64,000 nucleotides of DNA from Octopus vulgaris. Its lineage: Eukaryota. Each line of letters starts with the position of its first letter. The stretch's first letter is position 1. The notes under the pieces were generated by a model. That model saw nothing but the letters and a program-made list of their open reading frames with translations. It was not told where the DNA came from and made no database searches. A program made the translations under genes and the position numbers. Where the stretch lies: NCBI GenBank assembly GCA_951406725.2, contig OX597824.1, positions 22,568,001 to 22,632,000 of the forward strand. Reading direction: 5' to 3'. Of the stretch, positions 12,791 through 24,320 are shown piece after piece.

Positions 12791-12952
12791 ATAGAATGAA
12801 ATGTTTTACTCAAGAACACAACACATCACCTGGTCCAGCAATCAAAATTACAATTTTAAAATCATGCATCCAACATCCTAACCATCAAGTTACATGCCTC
12901 CACTGATTAATCAGGACTGACCTAGGGCTAAACAACAACAAGGATGACTTAC

Positions 12953-13067
12953 TTAGTCCAGTGATGATCATCTTTTTTACGGTGGTCCGACAGACTATAC
13001 ATCGTCCATATGACTTGTAACACTGACACTTGTTCTTTACTGAAGGATAAGGATCCAAAGGTTTCAC
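12953..13067 (-). CDS. IL17R-like: IL-17 receptor-like ectodomain exon (end of membrane-proximal FnIII-like domain)
   Basis: TTATTTCAG acceptor (phase 0), GTAAGT donor (phase 1). VKPLDPYPSVKNKCQCYKSYGRCIVCRTTVKKMIITGL with a CxC..CxxC cluster. Confidence 0.85.
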
Positions 13068-14689
13068 CTGAAATAATCAGAAAAAGTAGGATTAAAAAGG
13101 GGCCATGATAGGGAGTTTAACCCTTTAAGCATTCAGATTATCCTGTCAAATATAATGCTTATTCATTCACATTGGTTTGAATTAATCATGCATTATCTTG
13201 TAGCTATGAGATTTCAATAATTTGATTGTTTATTTTTAGAATGACATCATCATCATCATCGTTTAACGTCTGCTTTCCATGCTGGCATTGGTTGGGCGAT
13301 TTGACTGAGGGCTGGCGAACCAAATGGCTGCACCAGGCTCCAATCTTGATCTGGCAGAGTTTCTACAGCTGGATGCCCTTCCTAACGCCAACCACTCTGA
13401 GAGTGTAGTGGGTGCTTTTATGTACCACTGTCACGGGGGCCAGTCAGGCGGTACTGGCAACAGCCACGCTCGAATATTTTTACACATGCCACCGGCACAG
13501 GTGCCAGTAAGGCGAAGCTGGTAACGATCACACTCGAATGGTGCCTTTCACGTGCCACTGGCATGGAAGTCAGTTAGCCGCTCTGGCAAAGAGAAAGTAA
13601 ATGAAAGGAAGAATCTGGATGGTTGAACATAAAACCGGTAGAGTAATTGAGCTGTTTATGACCAATTTAAACACTTTTAGATGTTGCTTTAACTTGGACA
13701 AACAGCCAACTCATCACATTTTTATCATCCTCTCTTTCCTCTTTCTCTCTCTCTCTCCATCTGAGGTAGTCATGTTTCTTCTCTGATCCAAGACAGCTTT
13801 TTACCATCCCTCAATACTATACAAGTTCTTCACTTGGTTGGGCGATTTGACTGAGGGCTGGCGAACCAAATGGCTGCACCAGGCTCCAATCTTGCTGCTG
13901 GTGCCACATAAATATCACCCAATACACTCTGTATAGAGATTGGCATTAAGAAGGGCAGCCAGTCATCAAACTGACACTGCATCGGTTACGATGATGAGCA
14001 TTCCAGTTAATTCGACCAATGGAACAGCCTGCTCATGAAATTAATGTGCTAGTGGCTGAGCACTCCACAGACATGTGAAACAGAATATGATAAGGCTGGC
14101 CCTTTGAAATACAGTTGCAACTCTTTTTTGTCAGCTGAGTGGACTGGAATATCAATGTGAAATAAAGTGTCTTGCTAAAGGACAAAATGTGCTGCCAGAA
14201 ATTGAACTCACGACCTTAGTATCATGACACAAATACCCTAACCACTGAGTCATGCACCTTCACATCCAGTCACAGAAACCATGCCAAAAGAGACGGCAAA
14301 GTTTTAGAGCAGTCTTCTGATCTGTCAGCTCCTGTCAAACTGTTCAATCTATGCCAGAATGGAAAACAAAGATGATGACGATGACGATGATGATGATGTG
14401 CAGGAGGAGGAGGAGGATTTTAAAGTGTGAAGAAATCTTCAGGTTTCACTTGAGACAGAGAGACGAGAGAGAGGGAGGGGCAGAGAAATATATAGAATAT
14501 TAGTTTGATTAATATCAATTTAAAACCAGTGGCCTAGCATATTGAAAAATCTGAAGATTCAGAAAAATTATATTACATAAATATAAGAGGGATGACCACT
14601 AGTGGACATCCATTATGCTAGAGGTAGATCCCATATGGTCGACCACTAAGAAAAGATTGTTCTCAAGAAAATTCAGCAAAGGCCAGAAT

Positions 14690-15535
14690 GCTTAAAACTA
14701 AATGCAATACCCAATAAATACACTGGACCTGGAGGGATTGCAATCCCAGAGGCACAATCAGTGCGAGACCTGGGTATTTACATGAGTGATGATGCAACCT
14801 TTTATGTGCATGTTGCTAAATTGGCAATGAAATGTAGGCGGCTGACAGGATGGATTCTTAGAACCTTTAGAACAAGAGACCAGGAAACCATGATGGTCCT
14901 CTGGAGGACACTTGTCCTAAGCCACTTTGACTATTGCTCTCAGCTATGGTCACCATCCAGTGTCAAGTTAATCACAGAACTTGAGGCAATCCAACGAAGC
15001 TACACGAAGAAGATAGCCTCTGTGCCGCATATAAGCTATTGGGAAAGACTCAAGAGATTGAGACTCTATTCCTTAGAGCGTAGGCGAGAAAGATATGCCA
15101 TAATATACATCTGGAAGATCCTAGAAGGACTTGTCCCAAACTTTGGCATCGAGAGTTACACAAATGCCAGAACTGGGCGCCACTGCACAGTACCAAGGAC
15201 TCCAAATTTGCCATCAAGATGTAGGACAAGATACTGTGATAGCCTGGGCTTCCGAGGCCCACAGCTCTTCAATATCCTCCCGAAGAACCTAAAAGACCTG
15301 CACGGGGTGGATGCAGATGTCTTTAAAATAAAACTGGATCTCTTCTTGTCAGGTGTCCCAGATGAACCAACTTCACCGCAGGAGGTGCAGATGAGGGCAG
15401 CTGCATTGAACTCTCTCATGCACCAAATGGCAATTGCTAAAAAGCATTAGTGAAGTAAAATCATGTAGTAAAACCAAATGGCGGTGCCCCAGCATGGCCA
15501 CAGCTTATGAGCTGAAACTAGATAAAAAAAAAAAA
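14690..15535 (+). mobile_element. CR1 LINE 3' fragment
   Basis: RDLGIYMS..SHFDYCSQLWSP..YSLERRRERY..FKIKLD; 3' end GGCGGTGCCCCAGCATGGCC..GCTGAAAC. Confidence 0.9.
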
Positions 15536-15788
15536 ATATATCACCATCATCATCGTTTAACGTCCATTTTCCATGCTAGCATGGGTTAGACGGTTCGACC
15601 AGGGATCTGGGAAGCCAGAAGGCTGCACCAGGCTCCAATCTGATCTGGCAGTATTTCTACAGCTGGATGCCCTTCCTAACGCCAACCACTCCGTGAGTGT
15701 AGTGGGTGCGTTTTACGTGCCACCGGCACAGGTGCCAAACAAGGCTATGTATATATATATATATATTGAGAGAGGGAGAGACAGATAG

Positions 15789-15819
<31 letters not shown>

Positions 15820-16217
15820 CATATATACATATATATATATATATGAGTGAGAAAAGAGGAAGAAAATAAAAGCAGTAGGAGTGAAAGAGGTGGAAAGGAG
15901 CAAAGAAAGAAAGAAAAAAGTAAGGATATAATGTCAAGAGAAAAAGCAGACAAACAATAAAATAAGCTACACAAAGCAGAGGAGGTAGCTTATACTGGGC
16001 CAACTATTTCCATAAATGTAGCCTACCATTGACAGCACCACATAAAACCACCAGACACCACCATCATCCGTCCCTCCATGACCTACAACACTACAAGTTC
16101 TTTTTAAGCCCCAAGCAGCGTCTGTCCCTGACAGTAGCTGTCACCGTCACCATCCTTCCGATAATAGAGGGCGTTGTTGCTGCTGCCACCAACACCATCC
16201 CCGTGGGTAGTAATGTA

Positions 16218-16457
16218 ACATATATATATATATATATATACATATATACATACACATATATACACATACACATATATACATACACATATATACATACATA
16301 TACATACATACATATATATATACATACATATACATACATACATATATATATACATACATATACATACATACATATATATATACATACATATATATATACA
16401 TACATATATATATACATACATATATATATATACATACATATATATATATATACATAC

Positions 16458-16490
<33 letters not shown>

Positions 16491-16783
16491 CATACATATA
16501 TATATATATACATACATATATATATACATACATATATATATACATACATATATATATACATACATATATATATACATACATACATACATATATATATACA
16601 TACATATATACATACATACATATATACATACATACATACATATATACATACATAGATATATACATACATATATATACATACATACATATATACATACATA
16701 CATATATACATACATACATATATATACATACATACATATATATACATACATACATATATATATACATACATACATATATATAC

Positions 16784-16817
<34 letters not shown>

Positions 16818-16862
16818 ATACATACATATATATATATACATACATATATATATATACATACA

Positions 16863-16902
<40 letters not shown>

Positions 16903-17709
16903 CATACATATATATATACATACATATATATATATACATACATATATATATACATACATATATATATACATACATATATATATACATACATATATATATA
17001 CATACATATATATATATATATACATACATATATATATACATATATATATACATATACATACATATATACATATACATACATATATACATATACATACATA
17101 TATACATATACATACATATATACATATACATATATATATACATATACATACATATATACATATACGTACATATATACATATACATACATATATATATACA
17201 CATATATATACATATATACACATATATATACATATATACACATATATATACATATATACACATATATATACATATATATATACATATATACACTTATATA
17301 TACACATATATACATATATACACATATATACACTTATATAGATACACATATACATATACACACATACATATACACATATATATACATATATACACATATA
17401 TATACATATATATATACATATATACACTTATATATACACATATATACATATATACACATATATACACTTATATAGATACACATATACATATACACACATA
17501 CATATACACATATACACATATATATACATATATATATACATATATACACTTATATATACATATATATATACATATATACACTTATATATACACATATATA
17601 CATATATACACATATATACACTTATATAGATACACACATACATATACACACATACATATACACACACATATATATATATATACATACATAAATATACACA
17701 CACACACAT

Positions 17710-17740
<31 letters not shown>

Positions 17741-17877
17741 CATACATACATATATATATACATATACACACATATATATATATATATATACATATACACA
17801 TATATATACATACATATACACACATATATATATATACATATACATACATATACATATACATATATATATATATATAT
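16218..17877. repeat. Compound (TA)/(TACA) microsatellite
   Basis: About 1.66 kb of alternating purine-pyrimidine repeats. Confidence 0.97.
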
Positions 17878-18120
17878 TACATATATGATGGTGGTATTGT
17901 AATTGGTGGGTGTGGCAACAGGAGTGGCAGTAGTAGGAACTTCTGTTGCTGAAGCAGGTGAAAAATTAGTGTGTGAGAGTAACGGAAACCTGTAGGTTGA
18001 TGCTGCACTTTAAGACTTCGTTAGCACTGAACACTCCTAATTATATGCAAGCACTCGAGCAAGCATGTGGGTGTGTCACTGACATTGACTGTGATATTGT
18101 GTGTGTATATCTATCTATTA

Positions 18121-18159
<39 letters not shown>

Positions 18160-18165
<6 letters not shown>

Positions 18166-18305
18166 TAAAGGACTGACCACTAAAAGTGGACGGTCAATAT
18201 GCTAGATATAGACGTCAAAATCGCTATTTTTTACTTACAAAATATACTGACATCTATATCTAGCATATTGACCGTCCACTTTTAGTGGTCAGTCCTTTAA
18301 ATTTT
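18160..18305. repeat. Inverted repeat, ~56-bp arms (Penelope-like end)
   Basis: AAAATTTAAAGGACTGACCACTAAAAGTGGACGGTCAATATGCTAGATATAGA and its reverse complement; the downstream flank resembles 14500-14630 inverted. Confidence 0.9.
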
Positions 18306-18515
18306 GTATGTAAAAAATATTTTAATCTCTGGATTTCTTTAATATGCTAGGCCACTGGTTTTAATTGATTAATATCAATTTCTACCCTTATTCAATTATA
18401 TATATATACAATTTAAAAATAAGATAAAATCTTCATAAGAATTTATCAAGTAGGTAGCGTGAAAACCTCATAAGAGAAAAAAGCCATTAATTTTTTTCCT
18501 GTAAATTAATTTTTT

Positions 18516-18652
18516 TATATTATATAGAGGGCACTATTACACATAGATGCCACAAGCTGGGAGGGACTCTTAAAGTCAAAATAAATGTTTGACTTTTAGA
18601 GTCCCTCCCAGCATGTGGCATATATGTATAACAGTGCCCTCTATATAATATA
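18516..18652. repeat. Near-perfect palindrome, ~65-bp arms
   Basis: TATATAGAGGGCACT..GCTGGGAGGGACTCT..AAGTCAAA / TTTGACTT..AGAGTCCCTCCCAGC..AGTGCCCTCTATATA, with a 7-nt loop. Confidence 0.9.
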
Positions 18653-19183
18653 TAGTCAATTCGATGATGTCAGGTCCTCATTAGGGATGAAATAATCCAA
18701 AAATTTCAATGGTTAATCTCTATCACATACGAAGATGTGAAGAATAAGTTAACGGTTGACGAATAATTTTTTTTACTAACTTTTCCTTCATTTATTTTAT
18801 TATATAATTCTTCCCTTGCATATTTAAGTATTGTTATTTTCTTTTTATTTAAATTTATATACTATATATATTTACATAAATTTATATTTTTCTTTACTTT
18901 TTCTCTTATATCTTCTTACTTTACCTGTAGTTGTATGTTATTTTTTTAATTTCATCTTTACATCTGTTAAATCATCATCATCATCATCGTTTAGCGTCCG
19001 TTTTCCATGCTAGCATGGGTTGGACGGTTCTACTGGGGTCTGTGAAGCCAGAAGGCTTCATCAGGCCCAGTCAAATCTGGCAGTACATACGCATAATGCA
19101 TAATATGTTCTCACTTCTGAAAATTATATGTAATTGATCTACATCTTCCAAGGAATATGTTAACCTTTGTTGTATAAGCTCAT

Positions 19184-19311
19184 AAAGCCCTGATGAGATC
19201 CTGCCCCATATAATTGAAAATGATGACCAATTCTTAGCATATGACCCTACCCAAATGCTTAGAATTATGAATCACCTAGGGGCATGAACTGAAACATATA
19301 TGTAGGGTCTT
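19184..19311 (+). ncRNA. Type I hammerhead-like motif, copy 1
   Basis: CTGATGA 19190-19196, long stem II (TGCCCC/GGGGCA plus an internal hairpin), GAAAC 19291-19295, palindromic ACATATATGT, GTA 19302-19304; weak stem I. Confidence 0.65.
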
Positions 19312-19381
19312 GGCTTATGCCATTTTTAGAGCTTTATAACTTATTTGTATCATTTTTATAAAAAACATTTTCATTATAAAC

Positions 19382-19432
<51 letters not shown>

Positions 19433-19656
19433 CTGTTAAATCATCATCATCATCATCATCGTTTAGCGTCCGATTTTCCATGCTAGCATGGGTTGGACGG
19501 TTCTACTGGGGTCTGTGAAGCCAGAAGGCTTCATCAGGCCCTGTCAAATCTGGCAGTACATACGCATAATGCATAATATGTTCTCACTTCTTAAAATTAT
19601 ATGTAATTGATCTACATCTTCCAAGGAATATGTTAACCTTTGTTGTATAAGCTCAT

Positions 19657-19785
19657 AAAGCCCTGATGAGATCCTGCCCCCATATAATTGAAAATGATGA
19701 CCAATTCTTAGCATATGACCCTACTCAAATGCTTAGAATTATGAATCACCTAGGGGCATGAACTGAAACATATATGTAGGTTCTT
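19657..19785 (+). ncRNA. Type I hammerhead-like motif, copy 2
   Basis: CTGATGA 19663-19669, GAAAC 19765-19769, ACATATATGT, GTA 19776-19778, stem I AGCC/GGTT. Confidence 0.7.
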
Positions 19786-19820
19786 GGCATCTGCCATTTC
19801 TTTTAGAGTTTCATAATTTA

Positions 19821-20191
19821 CTAGCTCTATGACCCGGCAACGCAGGGTCATAGTGCTAGTGCATGCATATACAGCTGCATGTGTGCGCACATACACGCGA
19901 GTACTGTCCAAATCTACGAACAATCACATACAGCTAGCTGGCATTCAATTGGCGTATCAAGTTTCGGGCATTTTGATTGGGTTTTGGATAGAAAATTCAC
20001 AAAAAAAAAATCACTTCTATTGATTTTTTAATGGCTTTGCGGGGTGACTGGGGAAATGTAAAGATGTGCACGACCACCCTTGGACGGTTTTGAATGACTA
20101 TAGAAAGTGCCAGCCCTCTAACAGAAAAATTGTAGATTCGTATAAAGAACACACACACAGACACACATTTTGCCATTTATATATATAGAGA
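19821..20191 (-). mobile_element. Non-autonomous Helitron
   Basis: Minus strand starts TCTCTATATATATAAATGGC and ends hairpin + CTAG, inserted between A and T. Confidence 0.75.
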
Positions 20192-20199
20192 TAAATATA

Positions 20200-21140
20200 T
20201 AGATATTTATATTAGACAATTGCACTGGTATGGTCATGTGTTGTGAATGAATAATGACAGCTGTGTGAAAAAGTGTCACACCATAGCAGTTGAGGGAACC
20301 TTTGGAAGAGGTAGACCCAGGAAAATCTGGGATGAGGTGGTGAAGCAAGACCTTCAAACATTGGGTCTTACTGAGGCAATGACTAGTGACCGGGACCTTT
20401 GGAGATATGCTGTGCTTGAGAAGACCCAACAAGCCAAGTGAGACCGTAGCTCATGCCCTATGCCAGTGGATGTAACCAGCCCATTTATGAATACCCCTCG
20501 TTTATTGGACAATAAACCTTGCCTGTGAAGACATTGAGGCAAGTGAAGTTAAAATCAAAATTGCTGACGTGGCCGATGACAGTACCACCTGACTTGCACT
20601 CGTGCCAGTGGGACGTTAAAAGCATATTCGAACGTGGGGTGTAACTGACCCACTTATGAGTACCCCTCATTCATTGGACAATGAACTTTGCTTGCGAAGA
20701 CCAATTGAGGCAATTGTAAATAAATCAAAATCGCTGACGTGGCCGATGACATTACCGCCTGATTGGCACTGATGCCAGTGGAACGCTAAAAGCACATTAC
20801 TGATGTGGCTGATGACAGTACCGCCTGATTGGCTCCTGTGCCAGTGACACGTGAAAAGCATGATCATTACCAGTGTTGCTTTACAGGCACATGTGCTGGT
20901 GGCACGTGAAAAACAACATTCAAGTGTGGCTGTTGCCAGTGCCACCAGACTGGCTCCTGTGCAGGTAGCATGTAAAAGCACCCACTACACTCTCGGAATG
21001 GTTGGCGTTAGGAAGGGCATCCAGCTGTAGAAACTTTGCCAGATCAGATTGAGCCTGGTGCAGCCTCTGGCTCACCAGTTTTCAATCAAACCATCCAACC
21101 CATGCCAGCATGGAAAGTGGGTGTAAAATGATGATGATGA
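20200..21140 (+). mobile_element. RTE LINE 3' end with repetitive 3'UTR
   Basis: WYGHVL..GRGRPRKIWDEVVKQDL..SDRDLWRYAV, then the 3'UTR repeats and (GAT)n tail. This identifies the many CATCATCGTTTAACGTCC elements as the same 3' end. Confidence 0.85.
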
Positions 21141-21509
21141 GGTCCATATTACACAAAGTACAAAGACCAGAGAAAATTAAAGGGGCGGAAGAAATGTGTT
21201 ATAAGTTCAACAGCTGTTTCTGGGGACTTGGAGATCCATAATAATTTTGGAAGACGTAGTTCATCACAATATGTGGCCTTATGGATACGATAAACATTGG
21301 ACAAGACAAGTCTCCATCATCAAGATGGAGAAGATCTTACATTTCAGATCTTAAAGCAGAGAAGTTCAAAGATAGAATGATTGAATGTGAAGAGCTAGCT
21401 GTATTAGAGGGGAGAAATAGGAAAGCCGATGGGGTTGGGGGGTATTAAGGTAGAGAATGGTAAGAGGAGAAAAGATAGTTCAGGAATGAGGGTACTAGTG
21501 GAGGTAGTA

Positions 21510-23586
21510 CCTCCATTTTGTTGGAATTTTTTTCCCGTTTCTTTCTTTTTCTATTTAATTATTTGAATTTTATGAACTGTCTTTGGACTTTTTCTTTAAT
21601 TAAACATGGCAAAGAACAAAGAATGACTTGTGGAGTGGGAGATTACAGCACCCAAAAAATGGTTGGAAGAATTTGAAAAAAAAGACGATGGCATTGAGGA
21701 CTTACACCAAATCCCTCAACACCATCACAGTCTTCGAAAAAAAATGTAATAGAAAAAGAGTTGGAAACATATATGCCAACTATTAAATATATCTCTCGGG
21801 ATAAGGGGGGGGGATCAAATATGCAATGGTGTGGTTGCTATTTGACTCCCCCAAAGAGGCTTGCGAATTCGCGAGCCAGCCCCTGGAGGGCAATGAAATT
21901 TTGTTTCTTCCAACTTATTGTGGGAAGAAGTTGATGAGGGTCAGAGTCTGCGGTTTGCCACCCGGAATTGAGCCCAAGTGGATAGAGGATACTATCTGCC
22001 GGCATCTGGGTGGCAGCAGTACCAAGCTCCTAAATGTGAAAATCCTGCCTGCGGCTGATTGGAAGGGGTTAAAAGCTGTTTTTACCCTATTGACCCAATC
22101 AGCCGAAAATCTGATATTTCCAGATTTTTTGAGAATGGCCAGGTCTAGGTATCTGGTGATGCTTGAGGGACACCCCACCAAGTGTCACCTTTGTCTGGAA
22201 CCGGGCCAAATCGAAAAGAACTGTCCTCAGGACCAAAATAAAGTCCTGGAGCAGTTGATAAAGATACCACTCCCTGCTCCCTCATTGGAGGGAGAGAAGG
22301 AGGAAGTCAAGGAGGGGAAACCTCCTTGATAAAAGGAAAAAGCAAAAGGTGGGCAACAATCATCATCATTGTTCGACCGTGGTCGAGACAATGGAATTTA
22401 CCATGTTGCGCCAGACTTCACGGTCCATCATAGCATTATGGAGGTCCTGTTGCTGGATGCCTGTATCCCTGGAGATTACATCAGGGTAGGAGAGTGTGCG
22501 CCCTCTGGTGTTGCGAGTAGATGGCTTCCAGAGGAGAAGAGTAGAAATTACTTCTTTTCAGCTCTACAACAATGTCCAGCAAACTGGACTCTCCTACCCT
22601 TCACAAGAGATGACACAGGTGGTAATTTCCCATATATTTGCATTTTAGTTGGATGCCCACTAAGGATCCGAGGGCTGCAGGAAGGAGGGAGGATCTGCTA
22701 GACAAAGTGGAGGGACTCCACCCTCCTGTGGCTCAAAGGAAAAAAAGAAAGACAGGACGTTGCCGGCAGTTTTTGACACACTGTCGGCATGTCCTGAAGC
22801 ACCTTCGGTGGGAGTTGTGCCACCAAAGGTGGAATTTGTGGTCTTCTTCCATAAGGGAAGGACATTAGAGGGCTTTGTTAAGAAGCTTAAAATGAAGGGC
22901 CGAAGGGAGGGGATTCTGTCCTGCACAGAGGACCCTGACTGGCCTTCGCAGGTGGCTGCGATGGTCATAGGGGTGAACGACCTGTTCAGGATAATGAACT
23001 CCTTCCCTAAGGATACCTTCAGATTCATGCTAAATTGGTGTGACTTGGCACCGTCCATGTGTTTAACTGAGGCAAGAAGTCTGGTCGGGCAAGAAGATTT
23101 GTAATTAATTGAAGTAAGAGGCTTGGTGCCTCAGTTGTATTCATCATCATCATCATCATCATCATTTAGCGTCCGCTTTCCATGCTAGCATGGGTTGGAC
23201 GGGTCAACTGGGGTCTGTGAAGCTGGAAGGCTTCGTCAGGCCCAGTCAGATCTGGCAGTGTTTCTACGGCTGGATGCCCTTCCTAACGCCAACCACTCCG
23301 TGAGTGTAGTGGGTGTTTTTTACGTGCCACCTGCACAGGTGCCAGACAGAGCTGGCAAACGGCCACGAACGGATTGTTTAATTGATTTTATAATTGGCTT
23401 GTGTAAGAGGTTTATTGCCTCAACATGGTACTTATAAAGAACAATGTGCTCGGGTAAACAGCAATCAATGGGCGTTGCTGCTGCCCTTGTTATTATCATA
23501 TCGTCTAACATTTCATCTCATTATGTCCTTGTCCAGCCCACAGCTTCCTTTCTTTGTAAGGCCTGTATGGCCAAGTTAATGAATAA
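21510..23586 (+). mobile_element. ORF1-only LINE derivative (L1/Tx1-like ORF1)
   Basis: RVRVCGLPPGI and knuckle CHLCLEPGQIEKNC (CCHC with H to Q); no EN or RT seen; ends AATGAATAAA; flanked by 63-bp direct repeats. Confidence 0.65.
22360..22655 (-). mobile_element. RTE-clade LINE 3' fragment nested in the ORF1 element
   Basis: Minus strand LQFAGHCCRAEK..YPDVISRDTGIQQQDLHNAMMDREVWRNMV followed by a (TGA)n tail. Confidence 0.75.
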
Positions 23587-23906
23587 AAGGTAGAGAACGG
23601 TAAGAGGAGAAAAGATAGTTCAGGAATGAGGGTACTAGGGGAGGTAGTAGTAGAAGTAAATGTGGGTTGGTGCTGGAAGTGAAGCACTGAGGTATGCTGA
23701 GGTGTATGAAATTGAATAGAGGGAGGTGAATAGAGAGAGAGAGAGAGAGAGAGAGGGAGGGAGAGATTGATAGAGTAGTAACCAATTGAGTGAGGTAATA
23801 TTAAGTTCTTCTGGTTGAAGAGGAGAAATGAGAGAAGGGAAAGAATACCACTTGTGAGGAGGGAGAGGTTATGAGGAGGGTGGGATGTGGTAGGTTAGAG
23901 GAAACA

Positions 23907-24320
23907 GGCGGCGAGCTGGCAGAAACGTTAGCATACCAGGCAAAATGCTTCGCGGTATTTTGTCTGCAGCTACGTTCCGAGTTCAAATTCCGCTGAGGTC
24001 AACTTTGCCTTTCATCCTTTCGGGGTCGATTAAATAAGTACCAGTTACGCACTGGGGTCGATATAATCAACTTAATCTGTTTGTCCTTGTTTGTCCTCTC
24101 TGGGTTTAGCCCCTTGTGGGTAGTAAAGAAATAGGTATTTCATTTGCCACTACTTTCTGAGTTCAAATTCCGCTGAGGTTGACTTTGCCTTTCATCCTTT
24201 CGGGGTCGATTAAATAAGTACAAGTTACGCACTGGGGTCGATATAATCGACTTAATCTGTTTGTCTGCCCTTGTTTGTCCTCTCTGTGTTTAGCCCCATG
24301 TGGGTAGTAAAGAAATAGGT
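23907..24320 (+). mobile_element. tRNA-derived SINE (GGCGGCGAGCTGGCAGAAACGTTAGC family) with duplicated 3' half
   Basis: A/B-box head and GCCTTTCATCCTTTCGGGGTCGAT core. Other copies at 24887-25117, 31500-31733(-), 31800-32022(-), 47752-47982(-), 48785-49000, 49714-50150. Confidence 0.85.

Larger units (their letters stand above)
18960..19815 (+). repeat. Tandem duplication (~473-bp period), one hammerhead per unit
   Basis: Near-identical units start at ACATCTGTTAAATCATCATC (~18960 and ~19429); they differ by a few substitutions and indels. Confidence 0.9.

Noticed and set aside
16029-17861. Long Y/I/M/C/V-rich ORFs (also 36945-37328, 40008-41369, 45431-46451)
   Set aside because: Translations of TA/CA microsatellites.
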